A stretch of 64,000 nucleotides of DNA, taken from the NCBI GenBank assembly GCA_910587065.1, contig CAJUMA010000001.1, positions 82,221 through 146,220 of the forward strand, written 5' to 3'. The stretch's first letter is position 1. Each line of letters begins with the position of its first letter. Below the pieces are notes generated by a model, which was not told where the DNA came from, did no database searches, and worked only from the letters and a program-made list of their open reading frames with translations. The stretch is from an uncultured Bacilli bacterium. Its GTDB lineage: Bacteria; Bacillota_I; Bacilli_A; RF39; UBA660. Below, in pieces: positions 1 through 8,738 of the stretch. The position numbers and the translations under genes are program-made.

Positions 1-669
1 ATTGCTAAATCTTCGGGCGGAGATATCTCTATAACAATCGGAACATTAGAAACTTTTCTAACTTCTTTTAAAATGTTTTCATATTGTTTTGCTCCCCTAT
101 CAGAAGTATATAAATTCCCCCCTGTCAAATTAATTGATTTGATTGAATCATCTTCTATCAAGATTATTTTTAAGGCTTCTATAATGGAATTTACTCTATC
201 ATTTTCTTTTGTAGTCGTACCACCATTTAAAGCACAAAAAGCACATTGTTCATTTTTTGAAAAATAACAACAGGAAGAAGAGACTGAACAAATTAAAACA
301 TCTTTTCCTTCTTTTTGAATATAATCCGAAAAAAACTTACCATTCTTTAATGTATAATCATACCAAAACGGACTTTTTAAAGGAAAAGGAGAAACTTCGA
401 TAGTTATTAAATCATTAGTTAATAATAACCTATCTTCCTTTTTACAAAGATAATATTTACTCATAGAATTATCTTTTTTATTATATGGAACACTCACGAT
501 AATATCTTCTGATAACATAAATTGTAGACCCATATTACTAGTTCTTTGAACTTTAGTTTTATGTTCCATATCATATATATCATTAGATATGCTGTTCCGT
601 TTTATTCCATAACACAATAGTTCTGATTTTATTTTTAATAAGTCTTTTATATTAATATCTTTATTCATG
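1..669 (-). CDS. Cys-rich hypothetical protein, possibly radical-SAM-like; C-terminus runs off the window
   Basis: Open minus-strand frame from ATG at 669-667 through position 1. Translation MNKDINIKDLLKIKSELLCYG...KDVLICSVSSSCCYFSKNEQCAFCALNGGTTTKENDRV...INLTGGNLYT. The Cys cluster has Cx7-8CxxC spacing, not canonical CxxxCxxC, plus a GG-rich segment. Translationally adjacent to the upstream SDR gene. Absent from the ORF track, probably because it is truncated by the window edge. Confidence 0.4.
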
Positions 670-678
670 TAAACCTAC

Positions 679-1437
679 TTATTTTAAAAGTATTCCACCA
701 TTAACATTGACATTTTCACCATTTATATAATCGGCATCACTAGAAAGCAAAAATAGAATAGTGTTTGCAACATCTACTGGATCACAGACTCTTCCACTTG
801 GATTAATTTTAGCATAAGCATCAAAATCTTCTTTATTCATAATTGCTTCTGTTAAAGGTGTTATAGCAAGTGCTGGACTAACAGTGTTTACTTTAATGTT
901 AAACTTTGCTAATTCTAACGCTGCTACTTTTGTAAGCATTACAGTACCTGCTTCTGATATACATAAAGGAGAAGCATCAGCTAAAGGTCTTTCTGCATAC
1001 CTAGATGCAACATTAACAATTCGGGGTTGACTAGAATTTTTCATTAAATCAACAGACTGTTGAATTAAGTAAAAACGATGTACTAAATTAGCATCTATTT
1101 CTTTTTTAAAATCGTCTATAGAAAATTCTTCAAAAGAACCACCAATATCAATAGCAGCATTATTAACTAAATAATCCAACTTTCCAAATTTTTCTTTTAT
1201 TGTTTTTACAATTTTAACTATATCTTCCTCTTTACTAATATCTGCTTTTATACAATCTCCAACAATGCCAATAACTGATATTTCTTCAACTGCTCTTTTG
1301 GCCCTTTCATCATCATTAAAATAATTTAGTATAACTACTGCACCATTCTTTGCTAATAATCTAGCAGTTGCTAAACCAAAACCTGAAGTACTTCCCGTTA
1401 TAAAAGCAACCTTATCTTTAAAACAATCATATTTCAT
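679..1437 (-). CDS. short-chain dehydrogenase/reductase (SDR) family oxidoreductase, FabG-like
   Basis: 252 aa. N-terminal Rossmann motif AFITGSTSGFGLATA (TGxxxGxG), NNAA motif, central Ser/Tyr/Lys region and typical SDR length. Confidence 0.8.
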   Translation of the reverse strand: MKYDCFKDKVAFITGSTSGFGLATARLLAKNGAVVILNYFNDDERAKRAVEEISVIGIVGDCIKADISKEEDIVKIVKTIKEKFGKLDYLVNNAAIDIGGSFEEFSIDDFKKEIDANLVHRFYLIQQSVDLMKNSSQPRIVNVASRYAERPLADASPLCISEAGTVMLTKVAALELAKFNIKVNTVSPALAITPLTEAIMNKEDFDAYAKINPSGRVCDPVDVANTILFLLSSDADYINGENVNVNGGILLK

Positions 1438-1557
1438 ATTAACACTCCTTCAATAATAAAATTAATTCCATTTCTAAAGATATTCTAACATAGATTTAGG
1501 CATTAAAAAACTCAAATTAATCTAAAATTTGAGTTTTGTACAAGTTCCTTATCTTGA

Positions 1558-2019
1558 TTATCTTCTTAGTTGTTTATCATTTAACTTGATAGTATAACCA
1601 CCATCTACAACATCTTCAAGTGAAATGTTTAAACCGTTTTCAGGTGTTCCATTTAATACATCATAACCAGCTACTAATCTATCGTCTGTTGATCTTACTC
1701 TGTATACTGGTCTATCTGTTACCTCTTCTGCCTCTTCTTCTAATTCAAAACATCCATTATAGAAAAAAGCCTTTGAAGTTGCCTTATCTAAATACCAAAC
1801 ATTTGCAGTTGCTGGAAAATATTTTCTCATAGATGATGACATCATACCTATCTCAACTGCATCCGAACCTGGAAGTCTATATAAAACATATATACTTTCA
1901 TCTCCCATAAATCCACTTTCGATTTGTATTTTTTCTTCTTCTGTAATAGGTGTCAAAATTATATCAGGATTTCTTAATCTAACACTTGTCATTACCATTA
2001 TAAATGCCCCCTTTTTCAA
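1558..2019 (-). CDS. hypothetical protein
   Basis: 153-aa ORF with no recognisable motif; same-strand neighbour of other small hypotheticals. Confidence 0.35.
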   Translation of the reverse strand: MKKGAFIMVMTSVRLRNPDIILTPITEEEKIQIESGFMGDESIYVLYRLPGSDAVEIGMMSSSMRKYFPATANVWYLDKATSKAFFYNGCFELEEEAEEVTDRPVYRVRSTDDRLVAGYDVLNGTPENGLNISLEDVVDGGYTIKLNDKQLRR

Positions 2020-2109
2020 TAATGCAAATATTATATCATAATCTCTATTTATGTCAAATTAGCATATTAAAAAACATTAGTTAATAAAACTAATATTTTT
2101 TATATTAAT

Positions 2110-2436
2110 TTAATTCTCATAAAACACATCATCTAACTCTGAAAAATTAATAATAAGCTTTTTTTTACTTGAGAATGCATTTATCAAAGGAAGTTTTTTT
2201 TGTTCTTCATTTAACTCTTCAAAAATATGACCCTGAATATTTCCTTTTTCTTTTATGCTAATAAACGACGAGCATTTATTACATTTCATTACATTGTAAT
2301 TTTCAATCCTTCCATTTAATCGCTTTACTCGCAAAATACAATGAATACTAAAATCACATTTATGTTTAATATCGAAGGTTTTATCTTTATACATTGTTTC
2401 TTTTTTTAATATCTTTCTTAAACCTAAATTTCCCAT
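2110..2436 (-). CDS. hypothetical Cys-containing small protein
   Basis: 108-aa ORF with HKCDF...CNKCSS Cys pairs, possibly a zinc ribbon. Coding potential only. Confidence 0.3.
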   Translation of the reverse strand: MGNLGLRKILKKETMYKDKTFDIKHKCDFSIHCILRVKRLNGRIENYNVMKCNKCSSFISIKEKGNIQGHIFEELNEEQKKLPLINAFSSKKKLIINFSELDDVFYEN

Positions 2437-2445
2437 AACACCATT

Positions 2446-3438
2446 CTAAATTAGTTTATTTCCATTGGTTACATCTTCTTGCAAATTAATTGTCTTACCA
2501 ACTGCGTATTTTCTATTTTTACTATCTCTAACTCTCTTACCATTTTCATAATGATAATCAGGAAATTCTAATAAACCATCCTGCATTAAATAATCATCAC
2601 CACTGATAGCACAAGCATAAGGCTCTCTTTTAAAAAACTGCCCATTTTTATAAGAATACACAGTATTACTAAAATCTATAATTAATATATTACCAAATTT
2701 GTCACAAATTGAATTCCAACAATGGCTTTCAATTGTTCCAAAAGACGCACAATCACCATACATTATTGAAGAATTATATCCACATAATTTCATAATATTA
2801 TGAGCTAATGCTGATCTTTCAACACATTGTGCAGAATAAGTTCCCTTTAGAGCACTTAGCGGAAAGTCTCCTAATATTTGCATTTGATCTATAGCTCCCA
2901 TAGCTTTATCTACAGGTATATTATATTTTTTATAAAAATCTTCAGCATACGCGACTGCAAAATTATATAAAACATCTTCACGACGATCAATTTTATCTTT
3001 TGGAAAACCAAAATACGAATTCAAATATTTCATTACATAAGGTAAAATATTTGTTTCCTCTGGCAAATCTAATTTCCTAAGTCCATAAGCAAAAGCATAT
3101 AAATAATCTCTATCATATATACGATAACCGAAACCCGCTGTTGCGTTTAATATTTTAATTGAAGGATGGATAAAACCACTATATTTTCCATCATTAAGGT
3201 AAGGTGATTGGACAAATAAACCACTTGGCGCTCCAATCTGCTTTACATTTTCATCAAGGGGAAAACCATTAACGATACTATCAACAAAATTAATAATATC
3301 TTCATTAGAATTGCATTTTTTTAATCCACTCAAAAACGAATTACATTTATATGCATCTTTTGAAAAAAATTGGTTTGAGATCTTAGGATTATTTTTTTCA
3401 TTTGACTGAATAGTTGATTTTATTGTTTCTTGACTCAT
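2446..3438 (-). CDS. transglutaminase-like (papain-fold Cys-His-Asp) domain protein
   Basis: 330 aa. Motif GTYSAQCVERSALAHNIMKLCGY...GDCASFGTIESHCWNSICD fits the transglutaminase-core pattern GxCxxxAxLxxxxxRxxG...HxW...D. Confidence 0.5.
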   Translation of the reverse strand: MSQETIKSTIQSNEKNNPKISNQFFSKDAYKCNSFLSGLKKCNSNEDIINFVDSIVNGFPLDENVKQIGAPSGLFVQSPYLNDGKYSGFIHPSIKILNATAGFGYRIYDRDYLYAFAYGLRKLDLPEETNILPYVMKYLNSYFGFPKDKIDRREDVLYNFAVAYAEDFYKKYNIPVDKAMGAIDQMQILGDFPLSALKGTYSAQCVERSALAHNIMKLCGYNSSIMYGDCASFGTIESHCWNSICDKFGNILIIDFSNTVYSYKNGQFFKREPYACAISGDDYLMQDGLLEFPDYHYENGKRVRDSKNRKYAVGKTINLQEDVTNGNKLI

Positions 3439-3486
3439 TTACCTTCCAAAATTAAACAAATAATTGTTTTTCTTTTAATATAATTT

Positions 3487-3840
3487 TTAAAGCTTTTGTT
3501 TAGCTGTGCTTACTATCTCACCAGTTCCCATCGACCACATTTCTTGTTCCATACTAGATAGTTCTTCGATAGGTAAATAGCCATTCCCATAATACGCTCT
3601 TCTTTGTAATTCAAAATACATATCACATAAAGAAGAATCCCTATCTTTTAAGGCTAATTTTGCTAATAAAAGTGAAAAGTTGCTATATTCTTCTTCCGTA
3701 AAAGGTAAAGCATTTATTTGTTCTTTAGATCTAGTTTCAAGATTAGATTCATTATCTAAATCCCAACCACGTTCTTCATATTTTTCCTTTACTACATCAG
3801 CTGTAGTACGATTATTTAAATTTACAGGTTGAAGTTGCAA
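3487..3840 (-). CDS. hypothetical protein
   Basis: 117-aa charged ORF. Its start abuts the 5'-truncated ABC transporter remnant. Confidence 0.35.
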   Translation of the reverse strand: MQLQPVNLNNRTTADVVKEKYEERGWDLDNESNLETRSKEQINALPFTEEEYSNFSLLLAKLALKDRDSSLCDMYFELQRRAYYGNGYLPIEELSSMEQEMWSMGTGEIVSTAKQKL

Positions 3841-5268
3841 GAAGTATTATTGACTTAGAAACAATAGAAATAGACCAAAATTCATCTGGCGTATTTATTG
3901 ACAGACTAAGTCAAGATACATCAAATATTGCAGAAGTATTTAGAACAATTTTTAAAAGATTAAATATAATTATTACTAATGTAGGTATACTATTTGCTGT
4001 ATTTACCATTAATAAACTAATCTTTTGATATTTTGTAATTGCTTTATTTATTATGTTTAATTTTGAAAGAATGTATTTAATCAAACATTTTGAAAGACAA
4101 AAATCTTTTAAAAAAATAAAGGAAGCTAACACAGGATTAGTATCTGAACTTGTTCGCGGCATTAGAGACATTAAAGTATTAAATTGTTATTCGGATTTTG
4201 AAAATAAAATTTATAATAAACTTAAAAAAGCGAATAAGCTTCAATATCAAATGTCCGAAACTACTAAAAGATATGAGTTGTTACGAGAATTTTTAAAGAA
4301 TTTCTTCAACTATATTTTTATTTTACTTGGTATATATCTAGTAATTAAAGGAAATTTACTTGCATCTAGTTTTGTTATTCTTTTTATGTATAGCGATAAG
4401 ATCTTCGACTTTTTGGTTACCATTATTGATTTATTAGAAGTATTAAAAGATTTTAATTTATCTTCCGAAAGAGTATTTGAAATCATTGATGGCAAATATA
4501 AAAAAGAAGAATTTGGTACTCAAATTGTTAAAAGTTTAAACGGTGATTTTAAATTTAAAAATGTAAATTTTGGATATAGAAAAGATCATATGGTTATTAA
4601 GAATATGAATTTAGAAATACCAGCTTTTAAGACCACGGCCATCGTAGGTGAAAGTGGAGCCGGTAAAACTTCTGTTTTTAATATGATCACAAAATTATAC
4701 AGAATAAACAGTGGTAAAATCACGATTGATGGTATAGATATGGATGAACTTACAGAAGAAAGTTTACGAGGAAATATTTCATTAATTACCCAAAACCCAT
4801 ATATTTTTAATTTTTCGGTTAAAGAAAATTTTCAAATTGTTAAAAAAAATGTAACCATGAAAGAAATAGAAGAAGTTTGTAAAAAAGCATGTATTCATGA
4901 TTATATCATGTCTCTTCCAGAAAAGTATGATACACAACTAGGAGAAGGAGGAGTAACTCTTTCAGGTGGGTAAAGACAAAGAATTGCAATTGCTAGGGCA
5001 TTACTTACAGATACAAAAATAATACTTTTTGATGAAGCAACTTCTGCTCTAGACAACGAAACTCAACAAAATATAACAAAAGCAATAAACAATTTACAAG
5101 GGAACTATACTATTATTATCATTGCTCACAGATTATCTACAATAAAAGAAAGTGATCAAATTGTAGTTATGAAAGAAGGAAAAGTAGTAGGTGTTGATAC
5201 CCATAAAAATCTTCTTCAAAATAATCAATATTATCAAAAATTATATGCCAACGATATGAAAAGATAAT
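3841..5268 (+). pseudogene. ABC exporter (fused permease-ATPase, MsbA/LmrA-type) pseudogene: 5'-truncated with two in-frame stops
   Basis: Translation begins inside the transmembrane domain (...IEIDQNSSGVFIDRLSQDTSNIAEVF...), so the first ~110 aa are absent. In-frame TGA at ~4036-4038 inside the hydrophobic segment INKLIF*YFVIALFIMF. Walker A GESGAGKTS is present. Signature reads LSGG*RQRIAIARA, with TAA at 4973 replacing the Gln codon of LSGGQ. Walker B ILFDEATSALD and H-loop IIIAHRLST follow in the same frame to the stop at 5268. Confidence 0.75.
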
Positions 5269-5320
5269 AGTTATTTGTAAAAATTTTAAGGAGATAATTA
5301 AAATTTATTTAACCAATAAG

Positions 5321-5347
5321 TTAGCCACTACAACTGTGGCTTTTTTT
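5321..5347 (+). terminator. rho-independent terminator
   Basis: AGCCACTACAACTGTGGCT hairpin followed by T7 directly after the ABC remnant. The same GCCACA...TGTGGC hairpin type is reused after rpmH. Confidence 0.5.
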
Positions 5348-5402
5348 CATTTATATATCAAAAAACTCGAAACATTAAAAATTTTCGAGTTTACTATCTC
5401 TC

Positions 5403-5759
5403 TGGTGGAGTCGAGCGGAATTGAACCGCTGTCCAAGTTACTCTTCTAAATAGCGTCTACAAGTTTAGTTAAAACTTTAATTTTCATAAATGATATAAGC
5501 TTCTAACAAACAAATCATTTACTATCTTATAAGTATTCACTTACTTCATATAAGAACTAAAATAAGTATATTCCATATTTATGAACCGAATAATTTAACT
5601 ATGGAAGAATTAAACTATCAGCCTCCTTGCTAACTATTAAGCAAATACTGGAGAAAAATTAAATTTATTGTCAGTTAATTTTAAACTTTTGCCACTTAGG
5701 ATTGGCTACCACTTGCAACTAAGTCAAGACTATAACCTGTCGAAACCAAGTACGACCCC
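5403..5759 (-). ncRNA. ssrA: tmRNA (SsrA)
   Basis: Minus-strand RNA starts GGGGUCGUACUUGGUUUCGACAGG (RC of 5736-5759) and ends GCGGUUCAAUUCCGCUCGACUCCACCA (RC of 5403-5429), a tRNA-Ala-like acceptor/T-arm plus CCA. Internal tag frame GGC AAA AGU ... GUA UUU GCU UAA UAG predicts tag (A)GKSLKLTDNKFNFSPVFA followed by a double stop. Confidence 0.85.
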
Positions 5760-5857
5760 ATATACAAGATAAATAATACCATATTTTTAGTGTCTAAGCA
5801 AGTAAACCGCATTTAGACAATATTTAGGTTATATAAAAAGAAAAGAAGAATAATTTC

Positions 5858-6145
5858 TTACTCTTCTGATTTTCCCATATCTATTATTAATTCGCCATCT
5901 TTAGTAAATAAATATTTTTCTCGAGCATATTTAGCTACATATTCTGGATCCTGTAACTTTACAACCTCTCCTTCTAATGACTCTTCATTCTCAAGTAACT
6001 CGCTATACTTACTTGTTAACTCTTCTTTTGTTTTTCTATTAGCAACAATCTGCTTCCAAGTGCTAAAACATGATAAAGACAAAATTGCACCAATACTAAC
6101 TAAAAGACCTAAGTATATGAGTAATCTTAACCTATATTTTTTCAC
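5858..6145 (-). CDS. divIC: septum formation initiator DivIC/FtsB family
   Basis: 95 aa. N-terminal TM, coiled coil, conserved C-terminal LQDPEYVAKYAREKYLFTKDGE motif. Position after yabP-yabQ matches Bacillus. Confidence 0.7.
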   Translation of the reverse strand: MKKYRLRLLIYLGLLVSIGAILSLSCFSTWKQIVANRKTKEELTSKYSELLENEESLEGEVVKLQDPEYVAKYAREKYLFTKDGELIIDMGKSEE

Positions 6146-6191
6146 AATTTAGCATCTCCTTCAAAAAGATTATACTAAACTTTTTTTATAT

Positions 6192-6455
6192 TTACACTTG
6201 TTTTGGTTTATTTACTCTTTTCTTTACACGTACTTTTACGATATAAGCAGTGTAAACTGAATATAAAATATCCAAAATAACATATTCATTAAAAATGAAA
6301 CAATTATAAAGGTAACAGACATATGAAAAAACTAATGAAAAAAGAATTATCATTAATAGTTTTATAACTGGACCTCTTTTATTATTAAGCATAAATACTA
6401 AAGAAAGAAGAAAAGAAATAATAAATATTAAAATTAAATATACTAATTGACTCAT
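6192..6455 (-). CDS. yabQ: YabQ-like spore cortex membrane protein
   Basis: 87-aa polytopic membrane protein between yabP and divIC (conserved yabP-yabQ-divIC synteny). Stop/start overlap with yabP. Confidence 0.5.
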   Translation of the reverse strand: MSQLVYLILIFIISFLLSLVFMLNNKRGPVIKLLMIILFSLVFSYVCYLYNCFIFNEYVILDILYSVYTAYIVKVRVKKRVNKPKQV

Positions 6456-6718
6456 TTAAATAATTTGGTTATCAATGATTCACTAGACTTAACATTTGAA
6501 TAGATAATAGAATCAATAGAACCCTTTATAGAAACATTACCATCTATTGTATCTAACTTAATCATTTCTAAAGATTCGCCTTTAATTATTATATCTCCCA
6601 TGTTCGATTCTAAAGAAAACTGTTTATCATCAAAATTAATAATTCTTTTTATACCGCTTATAATAATGCTTTTACGATCTACCATTTTTACTATATGATT
6701 CATGCTTTGTGTTTCCAT
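6452..6718 (-). CDS. yabP: sporulation protein YabP
   Basis: 88 aa. YabP-family pattern ...IIISGIKRIINFDDKQFSLESNMGDIIIKGESLEMIKLDTIDGNVSIKGSIDSIIY; synteny. Confidence 0.75.
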   Translation of the reverse strand: METQSMNHIVKMVDRKSIIISGIKRIINFDDKQFSLESNMGDIIIKGESLEMIKLDTIDGNVSIKGSIDSIIYSNVKSSESLITKLFK

Positions 6719-6775
6719 AATATCCTCCTAATAAAGAATATTATAGAACATAAAAAAAATTCACAAAATTGTGAA

Positions 6776-7054
6776 TTATTCAGAAACTTCAGCGTTTTTT
6801 AGTTCTTTTTCATATTCTGCTAAAATAGCATCAGTAAAAATTCGACGTGCTTCTGGGTTAATTGGATGAGCAATATCTCTATATTCTCCAGGAGCAGTTT
6901 GTTTACTAGGCATTGCTAGAAATAAACCATTGTCTCCTTCAAGTATTCTTATATCATGTACAACAAATTGATTATCTATTGTCACAGATGCGAATCCTCT
7001 CATTTTCGAATTTTCCTTTTCAACTACACGTACACGTACATTTGTAATCTCCAT
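6776..7054 (-). CDS. spoVG: septation protein SpoVG
   Basis: 92 aa. [71 protein letters not shown] is near-identical to the SpoVG consensus. Confidence 0.92.
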   Translation of the reverse strand: MEITNVRVRVVEKENSKMRGFASVTIDNQFVVHDIRILEGDNGLFLAMPSKQTAPGEYRDIAHPINPEARRIFTDAILAEYEKELKNAEVSE

Positions 7055-7116
7055 CCTGTTTCACCTCTCTATTATATTATCATTTTAATACATTTAAAAG
7101 ATAAATGCAACAAATT

Positions 7117-7638
7117 TTAACGAGGATAACCAACATACATCATTCCTTTTCCTAAAATACCTCCAATACCATTCTTTCCATACTTAGTCTTACTAAGTAG
7201 TTCTTTTATGTCGATTTGTTTGTCTCTCTCTGTTAAAGAAATATTAACAGCGATAACTGCTGGATCTAAAGCATGAATATTTACTCTTTTAGGACTAGAT
7301 GCAAAATTTGCTCCACTTTTAATTAAATCTTCATAATCACTTTGACACGCTCCGGCAATAATCACGAGTTTCTCATGTGATTTTTCAAATTCACGAGCTT
7401 TTATAATTGTATCCCTAAAATATTTCGAATTTTTATAATTGTTAATATTAGACACATCGCCAGTTTTTGAATCATAAGCATCATGTCCAGTTATAACTAA
7501 AATATCTGGTCTTGTATCATTTAACAATTTAGTTATTTGATTTGGCATATCTGACTCTTGAATTTTTTTACCAATTGCTAAACAATCACATTCTTTATAA
7601 AAATCTAAAGACTTATTTAAATAATCTACATCACCATC
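7117..7638 (-). CDS. yabG: sporulation protease YabG (peptidase U57), C-terminal fragment of a gene split by an intervening element
   Basis: RPDILVITGHDAY...NYKNSKYFRDTI...LVIIAGACQSDYEDLIKSGANFASSPKRVNIHALDP matches the B. subtilis YabG C-terminal half. Homology continues 30 codons upstream of the first Met (DGDVDYLNKSLDFYKECDCLAIGKKIQESD) with no start codon, then ends at a TAA at the element boundary. Confidence 0.75.
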   Translation of the reverse strand, partial: DGDVDYLNKSLDFYKECDCLAIGKKIQESDMPNQITKLLNDTRPDILVITGHDAYDSKTGDVSNINNYKNSKYFRDTIIKAREFEKSHEKLVIIAGACQSDYEDLIKSGANFASSPKRVNIHALDPAVIAVNISLTERDKQIDIKELLSKTKYGKNGIGGILGKGMMYVGYPR

Positions 7639-7724
7639 TGCTGTCTTTTTTTATGTAACAATTTTTTTAAAAATAAAGATTTATTATACTTTTTATGCTA
7701 TAATAACTTAAAGAAGGTGTTAGT

Positions 7725-8714
7725 GTGACTAAAATAAAGGAGTTTGTCGAAGATAATAAGCCTATTGCTATACTTTCAATTCTTACATTTATCGCGTTTA
7801 TTATCGGAATTGTTATATGTTTTGGAACAGACAATAAACATATTAATAAAGAAAAAAAGGTATTAGAAGAAAATTCCTATACTATGTATTATAAAGAAGA
7901 TGCAATTGTTAAATTTACCTTTAGAGAAAGTTTTTATAAATGTGGGAATTCTGTTTGTAGTGAGTACACTGAAAGAATCTCTAACTTTGAACTAGTTAAT
8001 GAACAAGCAAAAAACTTATATTCTAATGTTAACATAAAAAATAAAGATCTTGATGAGGCTGTTGGTATTTTAATTAACGAAGCAAAAAACAAAAGCCATA
8101 TCGTTCAATCACTTCAATTAATAGGTGATTGGAAATCACGTTACAATGAAGAAGAATTTAAGATATTACTAAAAGATCATCTTACAGAAATTCCAAATTT
8201 CCCAATTGCTTTTGAATATCGAGAACAAGTAGATGACCAAACGGTGATGGAAACAATTGCTAAAAAAACTTATACTGTAACTTTTGATAGTAATTTTGGT
8301 TCACCTGTAGACCCTCAAATTATAACCGAAAACGAATTAGCTGTCGAACCACTTGCACCTACAAGAGAAGGATATGACTTTGTTAGATGGCAATTTAATA
8401 GCAGACCATACAGTTTTGAAACTCCTGTTACAAAAGATATAACTTTAAAAGCATCATGGAAGAAAAAACCAACAGTATCAACAATACAAACAACTACTAA
8501 AAAAACCACCACTGCAAAGCCCGCTGGTGATACTGAAAAACCAAATACGGGAGATAATAATAAACCTGAAACAGAAAATCCAAATAAGCCAGAGACTCCA
8601 AGTCCAGGTGACAATAATCCACCAACTGAACCTGAAAAGCCTGTTGAAAAGCCTGATGAGCCTAGTAAGCCTGATGATAATAAGGGTGAAGAAAACCAAG
8701 GAACAACTGAATAA
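7725..8714 (+). CDS. membrane-anchored protein with Listeria-Bacteroides repeat (Flg_new) domain and Pro/Thr-rich C-terminus
   Basis: GTG start with RBS GAAGGTG. N-terminal TM (IAILSILTFIAFIIGIVICFG). TYTVTFDSNFGSPVDPQIITENELAVEPLAPTREGYDFVRWQFNSRPYSFETPVTKDITLKASW fits the Flg_new/Listeria-Bacteroides repeat. PxxP-rich tail. Extended -10 TGcTATAAT upstream. Hairpin terminator at 8714-8738. Confidence 0.6.
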   Translation: MTKIKEFVEDNKPIAILSILTFIAFIIGIVICFGTDNKHINKEKKVLEENSYTMYYKEDAIVKFTFRESFYKCGNSVCSEYTERISNFELVNEQAKNLYSNVNIKNKDLDEAVGILINEAKNKSHIVQSLQLIGDWKSRYNEEEFKILLKDHLTEIPNFPIAFEYREQVDDQTVMETIAKKTYTVTFDSNFGSPVDPQIITENELAVEPLAPTREGYDFVRWQFNSRPYSFETPVTKDITLKASWKKKPTVSTIQTTTKKTTTAKPAGDTEKPNTGDNNKPETENPNKPETPSPGDNNPPTEPEKPVEKPDEPSKPDDNKGEENQGTTE

Positions 8715-8738
8715 AAGGACTAATAAGTCCTTTTTTTA
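8714..8738. terminator. bidirectional hairpin terminator
   Basis: AAGGACTAATAAGTCCTTTTTTT between convergent genes. Confidence 0.5.

Noticed and set aside
73-267. 64-aa plus-strand ORF at the window start.
   Set aside because: It lies antisense to a well-supported minus-strand coding frame (1-669) with an RBS-coupled start; no independent support.
4036-4038. In-frame TGA inside a hydrophobic helix of the ABC transporter suggested genetic code 4 (TGA=Trp, Mollicutes-like), which would fit the low GC.
   Set aside because: Every long housekeeping ORF in the window is intact under the standard code (gyrA 821 aa, mfd 1069 aa, the 2318-aa surface protein). The same gene also has a TAA and a 5' truncation, so it is a pseudogene rather than evidence of recoding.
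7549-7638. The yabG C-terminal fragment could simply be an N-terminally shortened but functional yabG starting at Met 7548.
   Set aside because: YabG homology continues for 30 codons upstream of that Met with no start codon and stops exactly at the element boundary. The missing N-terminal 82 residues are found 11.4 kb away on the same strand, in a phase that restores the frame at a shared GATG.
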